A stretch of DNA of 36,122 bases, taken from a virus. Below, one piece after another: positions 1-7,864 of the stretch (the first letter of the stretch is position 1; every line of letters begins with the position of its first letter). The notes beneath the pieces are model-generated. The model saw only the letters and a program-made list of their open reading frames with translations, had not been told where the DNA came from and did not search any database. The position numbers and the translations under genes are program-made. The stretch spans positions 1-36,122 of IMG/VR virus record IMGVR_UViG_3300009285_000035; one strand, given 5' to 3'.

Positions 1-77
1 TGCAGCCGTACAGGGATGAGTACGCCGCCAAGGTGAAGTCACTTTGGGCTGAGTACCGCACCAAGGTACAGATACTC
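1..77. repeat. Terminal overlap: 1-77 is identical to 36046-36122. The contig closes into a 36,045-bp circle; a short direct terminal repeat is the alternative.
   Basis: Both ends compared base by base: 77 of 77 identical. An ORF reads through the junction in frame. Confidence 0.95.
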
Positions 78-251
78 AAGGGAGAGTACAATATCAAGGA
101 GAGACCACTCTGGGATGATTACTATGCCCAGGAAGAGCTTCTCTTGGATGAGTGCTACGCCAAGGAAAAGCAGTTCTGGCAAGAGTGTAAAGCTAAGGTG
201 AGGCAACTTGGGGAGGGCAGAGAGGAGAGTCTGAAGGCGGGGATAGCATAG
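1..251 (+). CDS. 3' part of a junction-spanning ORF that starts at ATG 35949 (115 aa once the overlap is collapsed). The C-terminal part is three 22-aa helical repeats.
   Basis: The frame with codons from base 3 is open from the window edge. It is the same frame as ATG 35949 across the duplicated ends. Stop TAG 249-251. The GTG-33 start in the ORF track is internal. Confidence 0.6.
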   Translation, partial: QPYRDEYAAKVKSLWAEYRTKVQILKGEYNIKERPLWDDYYAQEELLLDECYAKEKQFWQECKAKVRQLGEGREESLKAGIA

Positions 252-264
252 GCTTAGGAAGGCC

Positions 265-293
265 GCTAGAAGGGCAAGGAAAGGCCCTCTGGC
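265..293. terminator. GC-rich hairpin between convergent genes; candidate bidirectional terminator.
   Basis: GCTAG(A)AGGGC at 265-275 pairs with GCCCTCTGGC at 84-93 of the same hundred: 10 bp with one bulge and an 8-nt loop. It lies between stop 251 (+) and stop 311 (-). There is no clear U-tract. Confidence 0.4.
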
Positions 294-310
294 CTATCGG
301 GAGTCCCGTA

Positions 311-1036
311 CTAGGGTTCCGACTGCCAGAGGGCTTGTTTTGTGGTCTGGTGTGGAGAACCAAAGCCATAGTTGTGAGCAAGCCAGCGGCCCCTGCATCG
401 CCCATTGCAGAAGTGAAGTGTCTGAGGCCGCTTCCTGAATCCCGTAATCTTCTGCTGGTAAAGCAGAGAGGGTATCCGTTGAAATGGCTGCTGGCACCAT
501 GCGCAAGAGACCCACGGTCTGCGCCTGGCTATCTCCTGCTGTCTGCATCCTTGGCACAGCACAGCCTGATAGGCTTTACCCCCTTGGCAGGATGGGCATA
601 TCCGAGAGGTCTTGAAGGGAGGATGAGTAGGAAGATTGGCCTTGACTAATATCTGCCTGACCCTTTCACGGGTGACACCTAGCGCCACGGCGATGGTAGT
701 CGCCCGCAACGCTGGGTTGGTGTGTCTCAGGGCGAGCACTTTGAAGTGGGTACTATCGGGGCTTGGCTGCCGGGGCACGGGTTTCCCTAGAGGATCGCCA
801 TAGCGGAGTAGACGGTAGTGATGCCCCTGGCAATAGCCCCTGGAATCGTAGGGCTTTCCGCAATTGGGCACCGTGCATAGCCGCTTCTGGCCGTGGGAGT
901 AGACCTGCTCTATCCCTGTCCTGGGTCCGCAGGGCCTTGCAGGACATTGCCGTGATTTCTTGTGAGCCCACCGACTATGACCACAATGGCGGCACTGGTA
1001 CTGGACTCGGATGGACGGTGTGCGGTCAGTGGTCAT
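311..1036 (-). CDS. Multi-zinc-finger DNA-binding protein with a sigma-70 region-4-like HTH.
   Basis: ATG with RBS GAGGGAAG upstream. At least four CxxC...CxxC-type clusters. 'CTVPNCGKPYDSRGYCQGHHYRLLRYGDP' resembles the Zn-binding module seen N-terminal to phage HNH proteins, but I see no HNH catalytic motif. 'ATTIAVALGVTRERVRQILVKA' looks like a region-4 HTH. Confidence 0.7.
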   Translation of the reverse strand: MTTDRTPSIRVQYQCRHCGHSRWAHKKSRQCPARPCGPRTGIEQVYSHGQKRLCTVPNCGKPYDSRGYCQGHHYRLLRYGDPLGKPVPRQPSPDSTHFKVLALRHTNPALRATTIAVALGVTRERVRQILVKANLPTHPPFKTSRICPSCQGGKAYQAVLCQGCRQQEIARRRPWVSCAWCQQPFQRIPSLLYQQKITGFRKRPQTLHFCNGRCRGRWLAHNYGFGSPHQTTKQALWQSEP

Positions 1037-1116
1037 GCTCTTCCCTCTTCTGCTTCGGCCATCTTTTTGAGGATAGCTAGGACTTCGTGCATCTTGCCTT
1101 TAAGCACCAGCTTCAT
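1033..1116 (-). CDS. 27-codon micro-ORF (MKLVLKGKMHEVLAILKKMAEAEEGRA), translationally coupled at both ends.
   Basis: Its ATG overlaps the TGA of ORF 1113..1319 (ATGA). Its TGA overlaps the ATG of ORF 311..1036 (ATGA). Too short for the ORF track. Confidence 0.35.
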   Translation of the reverse strand: MKLVLKGKMHEVLAILKKMAEAEEGRA

Positions 1117-1319
1117 GCTGTCTCCTCCAGCCTAACTGCTTGGGTGATTCGGATACTGTGCGGCCCTGGGTAGCGCCGTCCTGTCGGATAGACGCAGGGC
1201 GAACCCGCAGGGGCTCCACAGTGAGGACATCTGACGTTCTTCCAAGTAATGCGTGTACGCACGGTGTACCTCCTATCTAATCTGCCCGCACCTGGAATAG
1301 TCTCTGACACGTAGGACAT
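1113..1319 (-). CDS. Small Cys-rich protein (CPHCG...C). The more likely start is GTG at 1262.
   Basis: AGGAGG at 1274-1269 lies 6 nt before GTG 1262 and directly follows the conserved boundary repeat. ATG 1319 would overlap the upstream gene by 43 nt. Confidence 0.6.
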   Translation of the reverse strand: MSYVSETIPGAGRLDRRYTVRTRITWKNVRCPHCGAPAGSPCVYPTGRRYPGPHSIRITQAVRLEETA

Positions 1320-1462
1320 TGGTGTTGACCTTCATGTCCCTCACGGAGACCGCAATCACTCACTACATAATCCTCATGGTGAAAAGGTAGGTGCGCACCA
1401 CACTGATTGGCGACCTCTACGAGACGTCCACCTAGCATTTCCTGGTATACTTTAGGTTTCAT
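1277..1462 (-). CDS. Small Cys/His-rich hypothetical protein (61 aa).
   Basis: ATG 1462 is preceded by AAGGAAGGTG. The C-terminus ...FQVRAD is encoded by the boundary repeat. Confidence 0.6.
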   Translation of the reverse strand: MKPKVYQEMLGGRLVEVANQCGAHLPFHHEDYVVSDCGLREGHEGQHQCPTCQRLFQVRAD

Positions 1463-1697
1463 AGCTTTTCACCTTCCTTTTTGCTAATCTACCCGCTCCT
1501 TGGGTCATAGGGCCTATACCTTGCGGGCAACTGCGGAGAATACCAGCTATCACCCTGTCCCAGCTACCCTTGCCCGCAATACCCGTAAAGAGTAGCGCTC
1601 CGTTTTCGTGGTGGGCTGTGATAATACCCTCCGCTAGTTCTACAATGAGTTTGGCCGCGCCGAGATTGATTGTCTCTTCATGTTTGCTGCAATACAT
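1452..1697 (-). CDS. Hypothetical protein (81 aa).
   Basis: ATG 1697 is preceded by the conserved leader GGAGGTAGAGAC. The 3' end overlaps the next ATG. Confidence 0.6.
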   Translation of the reverse strand: MYCSKHEETINLGAAKLIVELAEGIITAHHENGALLFTGIAGKGSWDRVIAGILRSCPQGIGPMTQGAGRLAKRKVKSYET

Positions 1698-1721
1698 TGT
1701 CTCTACCTCCTTCTGCTATTG

Positions 1722-2003
1722 CTAATCTACCCGCACCTGGGGGCTGATAGTGAACATCTTGTCAAAGGCTGAGGCATCTTTGAACGTGAAGTGTCGGGTA
1801 TCAGTCCCGTAGGGTTGCCGCCTATCGGGGTTTCCATCCTTCCGACATTGTACCGCCTCTACATAGTTCTCTATCCTATCTGTGCCACCGTTCATCGCCC
1901 GGTAGACTTTGACTACGCAATAGTAAGGGCCATACCCATCGCCCCTGTAAGTCCGATGGCGAATAATGTCGCCTGCTTTGGGGATTTGTATGCCTGTCGC
2001 CAT
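1722..2003 (-). CDS. Hypothetical protein. I prefer the ATG at 2003 over the TTG at 2075 used by the track.
   Basis: GGGAGGTAGAG precedes ATG 2003, the same leader as at 1697 and 2406. The C-terminus ...PQVRVD is encoded by the boundary repeat. Confidence 0.6.
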   Translation of the reverse strand: MATGIQIPKAGDIIRHRTYRGDGYGPYYCVVKVYRAMNGGTDRIENYVEAVQCRKDGNPDRRQPYGTDTRHFTFKDASAFDKMFTISPQVRVD

Positions 2004-2088
2004 CTCTCTACCTCCCTTGCTATCCGCCATTGCCTTCATCGGCAGGTGATAGGCGGCGTACACCTGGACGCCCAAGGGGGCGTTTCGG

Positions 2089-2406
2089 CTATGGGGCTGT
2101 GGCTGTCCCTAATGCCTCTCTCACAACCCTTGCGTACTCCCGTGCCTGCGAGCCGCGGCCTATGAAACCCATAGCCTTGTCCTTGACCCCTAGGCACGCA
2201 GCGACATAGGAGGCGAGGTCCAGTCCAAACACCCCGTCCGCGTCCTCCTTCCCGTGATACCCCATTGGGTGCGCCTCATTGCGGAAGTTTTTTATGATCC
2301 TCTTGTCGAACTTGACCCCCAGGGCCTCGCATATCTCCTGGGCATACTCCGGCTCAAAGACGACATGCCCATCACCAAGTTCCTCCAACGCTAAACTTCG
2401 CTCCAT
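2089..2406 (-). CDS. Hypothetical protein (105 aa); first gene of the leftward block.
   Basis: ATG 2406 is preceded by AGATTAGCAAAGGGAGGTAGAGAC. Confidence 0.65.
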   Translation of the reverse strand: MERSLALEELGDGHVVFEPEYAQEICEALGVKFDKRIIKNFRNEAHPMGYHGKEDADGVFGLDLASYVAACLGVKDKAMGFIGRGSQAREYARVVREALGTATAP

Positions 2407-2634
2407 GTCTCTACCTCCCTTTGCTAATCTTCTTGGAACGTTTGGCCTTGGCCTGGACTACCAATGTCCTCAGCTGCCGCCAGTAGGCCATCAAACGAGT
2501 AGAGAACGTTGCCTCGGTGTTACCGAGCTGTGCGTTTGTGGTCTTTCTTTTATGAGTCGGCAGTCTGCCAAACTTTGTAAGCCTGAGTACCTTACCGCAA
2601 CCTTCTCCAAGGAACGCCCCAATACAGCGTTCCT

Positions 2635-3975
2635 TTGTGCCAGGTTTTATACAGGCATCAGGGGGCTTGGGTGGAGGAGATGGAGGGTAAGAGGGGGAAG
2701 GTATTGATAGTAGCGCCGCCTGGGAGCTTCAAGAGTTCGTTATTGAGGATGAGGATAGAGTGGGAGATAGGGAATGATATAGAGGGAACGCATTTGTTGA
2801 TAATGAATACAGCGATGCAGTCCCAGAGGTGGGTGATGGGGATAGGGGAGACGATAGAGCGGAATCCGAGGTATAGGGTGGTATTCCCGTGGGTGGAGCC
2901 AAATCCAAGGCGTGGGTGGAGCCACGAAGTATTGTATGTCAAGAGGAAGAACGAGAGTTTGCCCGACCCGACCCTTTACGGGACGGGCATAGATGGGCCT
3001 TATCAGGGAGCGCATGTGGAGCGGATATGGGTAGATGATCCTACAGACCAGCAGGATGTAAACAGCCCCGCGATAATGGATGAGCAGAGACAGAGGTTAC
3101 ACGGGGTTTTGATAGACAGGTTGAACTCTGGAGGGCGGATGGTAGGGATCCTCACGAGATGGGGTGAGGCTGATTTGGTGCGGGACTTTCGGGAGATGGG
3201 GTTTACGGTGTTGGAGTACCCCATTGAGGGCAAGTATCCGTGGGGAAGGTTACTGTGCCCAGAAGTATTTGGGGATGACAGGTTACTAGCGATACGGGAA
3301 GGCAAGGGTGGTGGTGGCCCTATGAGTGGGCAGTTGTACCAGTTGACATATATGTGCAATCCTGCGGGAGCGGAAGGTGCGTTGCTGAAACGGGAGTGGT
3401 GGCGAGTATATTCCAGGATACCAGAGATGGAACGTGTTGTACACTCCTGGGACTTGAGTACAGGGAAAAGCGAAATAGGGGATTATTCGGCCTATCAAAG
3501 TTGGGGGACTACTAAGGACGGGTACTATCTTCTCGATGCGGGACGCTGGCGGTTGGACATGGATGCCTTGGTATACAAGATGAAGCTGCTCTTTGAGCAG
3601 AGCAGGCCCAGACCCCAGTACCTGCTGGTAGAAGAGGTGGGATCGTCAATTCCTGTGGTAGAATATATCAGGAAACACACCCGCCTGCCGCTGGTGGCTG
3701 TGAGGCCAGGGGCCAGGGACAAGGTAGCCAGGATGAAGGCTATCCAGGGGCTGATAGAAGCAGGGCGGGTGTGGGTACCCGCGGAGGCGACATGGCTGGC
3801 GGACTTCATAGATGAGACAGCGGCGTTCCCTGGTGGTAAGTACGATGACCAGTGTGATGTTCTCAGCCAGTCACTGGGATGGCTAGACAAGGGGGGAATG
3901 GGACAGCGGCGGGGATACACCTTTGAGCGGGTGAGTGAGGGGAACACTACGAGGAGTTTCGAGCGAGTAGGATAA
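2635..3975 (+). CDS. terL: Terminase large subunit.
   Basis: Walker-A-like 'VAPPGSFKSS' and Walker-B-like 'RIWVDDP'. 'ILTRWGEADL' follows. The C-terminal nuclease-type acidic motif 'KYDDQCDVLSQSL' is present. The start is uncertain: TTG 2635 or ATG 2680. Confidence 0.85.
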   Translation: MCQVLYRHQGAWVEEMEGKRGKVLIVAPPGSFKSSLLRMRIEWEIGNDIEGTHLLIMNTAMQSQRWVMGIGETIERNPRYRVVFPWVEPNPRRGWSHEVLYVKRKNESLPDPTLYGTGIDGPYQGAHVERIWVDDPTDQQDVNSPAIMDEQRQRLHGVLIDRLNSGGRMVGILTRWGEADLVRDFREMGFTVLEYPIEGKYPWGRLLCPEVFGDDRLLAIREGKGGGGPMSGQLYQLTYMCNPAGAEGALLKREWWRVYSRIPEMERVVHSWDLSTGKSEIGDYSAYQSWGTTKDGYYLLDAGRWRLDMDALVYKMKLLFEQSRPRPQYLLVEEVGSSIPVVEYIRKHTRLPLVAVRPGARDKVARMKAIQGLIEAGRVWVPAEATWLADFIDETAAFPGGKYDDQCDVLSQSLGWLDKGGMGQRRGYTFERVSEGNTTRSFERVG

Positions 3976-3985
3976 GGAAAGGCAG

Positions 3986-5647
3986 ATGAAGAAGCCCACA
4001 GTTGATATTGTTATAGCAAGGCGACGGAACTTGCTGGAAGAATGGTCGCCAGCACACGCAAACTGGAAGCTATGGGAGCAATACTTCAACAAAAAGCATC
4101 CAATTCGGATGGTCGCACCTGCTGTGCCCCGCAGACTCGCAACTGGGCGCTCTAAGGTCATGTCTATGGTGGACACGATGGTAGCCACCAACCCCCACAT
4201 CGAGCGGAAGCCGCGTAAAGAGGGTGGTGATGCCCAGGCCAAGGCTGATAAGCTAGAAAAGTGGGCTGAGGGAGTAATCCGAAAGGTGACAGCGGAGTCT
4301 CTTGTCATTCCTCCCTTCAGGTTAGGGGCTGAGAATCTGGCCCTGTATGGCTATACCGTATCAGTCGTGCGTTGGGATGAGCAGAACCCTGATTTCCCCT
4401 TTGTTATAGACTTCCCGCATCCCAAACGAGTCCTCTTGCCTCCGATGGAAAGGCATCCGTCAATGGCGATTGAGACCATGACCATGTATGCCTATCAAGT
4501 AGAGCGGATGCTGGATAAGGAGAGCCTACCAGACCTTCATACCCGTAGTGATTTTGACCTTCTTCAAGTTGTCAGTTCCTGGGATAACGACTGGCAGATG
4601 CTGATGGTGGAGGGTGTGGAGGTATATACAAAACCAAACGGCTTTGGGTTTGTCCCTTATGGTCATGGCTATGCGGGCAAGGGACATGAGATGTCCCCCG
4701 ACTACCAGGATAGCGCAATCGGCGGCACTATAGGGGCGCGACCTGAAGACCTCGCCATAGGGGTCTTGAGCTCTGTTCTGGACTCCATTACGACGATGGA
4801 TGAGTATTACACGGCGATGCTTGCCCTGGCCCTCAAGAGCATCTATAAGCACTATGTAACAACGGAGGATGCCGAGGAAACCGCAAGGCAGATAAATGAG
4901 GCAGGGCTTGCTGGCGTAGTCCAAATTACCCCAGGTGGTATGTTGGAGTGGGAGAGGTCGCCAGACGTACAGCCTTTTGTCAATCTTGTATCGCAACTTG
5001 CGAGAAGCGATATAGACCAGGGGACATTTGCGGGAGAGGTACAGGGGCAACGCAGCCCTGGCGTCGAGACAGCCACCCAACACGCTATGCTGCTCGGCAC
5101 TGCTAGGATGGGTTTTGAACTGCCGATTGCCCAGTTGAACTATCTGGCCCAAGATGCCCTGGGGTTCTGTGGTCGGATGATGGTTGCAAGGGATGAGTCC
5201 GTGAAGGTTGACAACATCAATGTGTCTCCAAGTGAGTTCGAGGAGGACTATTATTTCACGGTAGACTTTACCCAGAAGGATGAGGCCCAGATTTTGCGAG
5301 CTAAAGAATCGGGGATGAGAGAAGTCCAGGCTGGCCTGCTCGATTTTGACACCTATCAGCAGGAAAATGCAGGGCGACAAGATGCGACATCTATCCGCAG
5401 GAAGACATGGCGGGACAAGATTATGAAATCCGATATTCTATTGGAGACCGTGACAGAGGCAGCGGATGCAGCCTTCAGGCGCAAGCACGGGCTGCCACCA
5501 AAGCAACAGCCGCAGGAGCAACCAGCGGCACCAGCAGAGCAGGAGCCATATGTGCCGCAGCCTGGTGGTGCTGTGCAGGCCGAGCAGCAATATCAGGGCA
5601 TGACAAATGTGCCTGGTCAGCCGATGCAAAGAATGATACCGAGGTAA
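3986..5647 (+). CDS. Putative portal protein.
   Basis: 553 aa, immediately downstream of terL. Good RBS. The C-terminal tail is Gln/Pro-rich. The call rests on position and size only. Confidence 0.6.
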   Translation: MKKPTVDIVIARRRNLLEEWSPAHANWKLWEQYFNKKHPIRMVAPAVPRRLATGRSKVMSMVDTMVATNPHIERKPRKEGGDAQAKADKLEKWAEGVIRKVTAESLVIPPFRLGAENLALYGYTVSVVRWDEQNPDFPFVIDFPHPKRVLLPPMERHPSMAIETMTMYAYQVERMLDKESLPDLHTRSDFDLLQVVSSWDNDWQMLMVEGVEVYTKPNGFGFVPYGHGYAGKGHEMSPDYQDSAIGGTIGARPEDLAIGVLSSVLDSITTMDEYYTAMLALALKSIYKHYVTTEDAEETARQINEAGLAGVVQITPGGMLEWERSPDVQPFVNLVSQLARSDIDQGTFAGEVQGQRSPGVETATQHAMLLGTARMGFELPIAQLNYLAQDALGFCGRMMVARDESVKVDNINVSPSEFEEDYYFTVDFTQKDEAQILRAKESGMREVQAGLLDFDTYQQENAGRQDATSIRRKTWRDKIMKSDILLETVTEAADAAFRRKHGLPPKQQPQEQPAAPAEQEPYVPQPGGAVQAEQQYQGMTNVPGQPMQRMIPR

Positions 5648-5654
5648 GAGGCTA

Positions 5655-5903
5655 ATGCCAGCGGGTAAACGTAGCGAACCAACCGTCCTCGTCGAGATGC
5701 TCGTAGAGGCGATGGACGAAATCTACCAGACGCTCATCGAGGAATGGGAGGCTATCCCATTCATGGAGGAACGCATAAGCTCTGAGGAGTATAGACGGCG
5801 GTTCAGATTTATGACACCTGAGCAGCAAAGAGTCGAAATATCCCGCATCGGCTATGAGCAGGTGTTGCGACAACTAGGTATGAAAGAAGGAGCCATGCCA
5901 TGA
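5655..5903 (+). CDS. Small acidic hypothetical protein (82 aa).
   Basis: RBS AAGAGG. ATGA overlap with the next gene. Confidence 0.6.
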   Translation: MPAGKRSEPTVLVEMLVEAMDEIYQTLIEEWEAIPFMEERISSEEYRRRFRFMTPEQQRVEISRIGYEQVLRQLGMKEGAMP

Positions 5904-7864
5904 CGCCAGAAGAGATAAAAGACACTCTGGATGCAGCAAGAGAAGGTCTTGGGTGGACTGTACACGAAGTCCAGGGTGGCTATATTGTCCAGGAGCTCGG
6001 CAACCGTGTGCTGACCAGTGAGGAACTTCTCCTCGCCGTTACGGATGCTTTGGTAAGTGGGGGAGCCCAGGGTCAAGGTGAAGGTGCCGTAGAGACTGGC
6101 TCTTGGGACGAGGCTGGCTATTGGGACGAGGCTGGCTACTTTCACCCCTTTGAGGGCTATGAGCCTAAAAGAATTGGTACAGACGAGATGGGCGATCCCA
6201 TCTACAGCTGGCAACCGCAATATGGGGAAGGGGAGAAGCCGTTGCCAGAGGAAGGGCCTATTGTCCCAGGTGAGGTGTTGACACTTGCTGATGGGCGGCG
6301 ATTCCAGCAAGTTGGTAATGAACTCATAGACGTTAGCACTCAGCAACCTCTGCCCGTGGGGGAAGTCGTCACTCTAGCTGATGGACGGCAGTTCCAACAA
6401 CTGGGCAATCAGATCATTGAAGTTACGCCAGAAGAAGTCCAAACACAACCCAACTTTTACACCGATCCAACGACAGGGCAACGATGGTATCAGGGTGCTC
6501 AGGGTGGGGGATGGCAGCTTTTACCACAACCTAATATTCAAGGTCTCCAAGAGCAGGCGGCGGCGGCCTATGCTCGCGGCGATATGGATGCTTTCAATGC
6601 TCTTCAAACGATTATCAACCAGCCCACCGCTTTTCAGCAGGGACAGCTTGAGATTCAACGGGCAGAGTTGGGGGCATCCGCACAGCAACGGGCACTCGAT
6701 ATAGCCAAGTCACCTGGCGATTGGTGGACATACATGAGCCGTGTATATGGGCAAGATACGGGTGAAGGGCCATATGCGAGGGCCTATGAGCCGATTGCCA
6801 GGGCACTTACTCCACAGGTGCCGTCACAAGTAACTCCGCAAACGCCTCCATATATGACTCCAGAGCAACGTTTCAAGGCCCAGGCACAGGCGGCTGGTGG
6901 GGCAGCACCAATATCAGGGATAACCAGGGAGCGCAATATCCCAGGCTTAACGTTCCAAGAGACTACTGAGGGTGGTGAGGTGGTGCCATTCACGCAAACG
7001 CCTCCATCTGGCACCTTTACGGGGACCAGCTTAGTGCCAGAGGAAGCCACTGGCGAGTTTGTTCGTCGGTACACTAGTGCACCATCACTATTGCAGCCGA
7101 CATTACCCACAACTCTACCATCTGGCAGCTATGCGGGCACCGAACTGGTGATGGATGAGAATACTGGCGAGTTTGTTCGTCGGTACACTGGCACACCCCA
7201 ACTACGGGGTGGCACTAGCGGGTTCAGCGGGGGTGCGGCTATTGTGGGTGAGGCAGGGCCAGAACTTGTCGTATTACCTAGAGGTGCCCAGGTATTCCCC
7301 AACAAGAGCCTTGGCCCCGTAGCCCACTTGCAAGCGGGTACTAATCCCTGGGGAGAATCAGATGCGGTACTTGACCTTGAGCGCAGGACGAGGTTGCCAG
7401 CCTGGGACTTGCGAGCACGGTTAAAGACGTTGGAGGCCAACCCTAATCAGAGAGAAGACTTCATCAGGGCATTTGGGGTAGATCCTGATGAAGCGAGACG
7501 CATACTGGGTGTAACAGCAACAACTCCTGGGCCATCAGGTCGAGGCTATGGCCCTACTGGATGGCCGTCGCCTTCAATGGCTGAGGCTGAATCAACAGGG
7601 TTGATAACGAGTCGCCAACAGGCTTTGCCAACTGTTTTCGGGGCAGAAGGGAAAACAGCCACGCCTTTCCTCTCAATGCAGCAATGGGGCAAACTGCTGC
7701 CGTCAGAGCAATCCATGTGGCAGGCAGAGAATGAGGCACGTGGGTTCCCCTGGGAGGACTATGCGGCCCAGTGGAGCAAGCAAGCTGGGAGAGCGGGCTT
7801 TGCTGCTAAACCAGGAGCGACGGGTTATAACAGAATGGCAATGAGTCCACAGGCATTCAGATAA
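5900..7864 (+). CDS. Large virion-associated protein with three internal tandem duplications and a 'VGEAGPELVVLP' motif.
   Basis: ATGA coupling. Repeats at 6104-6139 (WDEAGY x2), 6269-6448 (30 aa x2) and 7049-7189 (38-aa period, with a 27-bp exact core). In my recollection the GEaGPE motif occurs in tape-measure or ejected proteins. Confidence 0.55.
   Translation: MTPEEIKDTLDAAREGLGWTVHEVQGGYIVQELGNRVLTSEELLLAVTDALVSGGAQGQGEGAVETGSWDEAGYWDEAGYFHPFEGYEPKRIGTDEMGDPIYSWQPQYGEGEKPLPEEGPIVPGEVLTLADGRRFQQVGNELIDVSTQQPLPVGEVVTLADGRQFQQLGNQIIEVTPEEVQTQPNFYTDPTTGQRWYQGAQGGGWQLLPQPNIQGLQEQAAAAYARGDMDAFNALQTIINQPTAFQQGQLEIQRAELGASAQQRALDIAKSPGDWWTYMSRVYGQDTGEGPYARAYEPIARALTPQVPSQVTPQTPPYMTPEQRFKAQAQAAGGAAPISGITRERNIPGLTFQETTEGGEVVPFTQTPPSGTFTGTSLVPEEATGEFVRRYTSAPSLLQPTLPTTLPSGSYAGTELVMDENTGEFVRRYTGTPQLRGGTSGFSGGAAIVGEAGPELVVLPRGAQVFPNKSLGPVAHLQAGTNPWGESDAVLDLERRTRLPAWDLRARLKTLEANPNQREDFIRAFGVDPDEARRILGVTATTPGPSGRGYGPTGWPSPSMAEAESTGLITSRQQALPTVFGAEGKTATPFLSMQQWGKLLPSEQSMWQAENEARGFPWEDYAAQWSKQAGRAGFAAKPGATGYNRMAMSPQAFR

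Larger units (their letters stand above)
1277..1743 (-). repeat. Dispersed gene-boundary repeat with three full copies. Minus-strand consensus: CTAT-n-CCAGG(T/A)GCGGG(T/C)AGATTAGCA followed by AGGAGGT.
   Basis: Plus-strand copies at 1277-1295 (CTAATCTGCCCGCACCTGG), 1483-1504 (GCTAATCTACCCGCTCCTTGGG) and 1721-1743 (GCTAATCTACCCGCACCTGGGGG). A partial copy, GCTAATCT, lies at 2423-2430. Confidence 0.85.

Noticed and set aside
2411-2640. A long open minus-strand frame across the divergent region, reading ...GRLPTHKRKTTNAQLGNTEATFSTRLMAYWRQLRTLVVQAKAKRSKKISKGR*, which looks vaguely HTH-like.
   Set aside because: The only canonical starts (TTG/ATG near 2494-2491) leave a 26-28-codon basic peptide. 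The upstream part has no ATG, GTG or TTG. It is not supportable as a gene without other evidence, but worth a look if relatives conserve it.
2279-2707. 142-aa plus-strand ORF bridging gene 2089-2406 and terL.
   Set aside because: It is antisense to a well-supported gene for half its length. The translation is low-complexity, and it is out of frame with terL.
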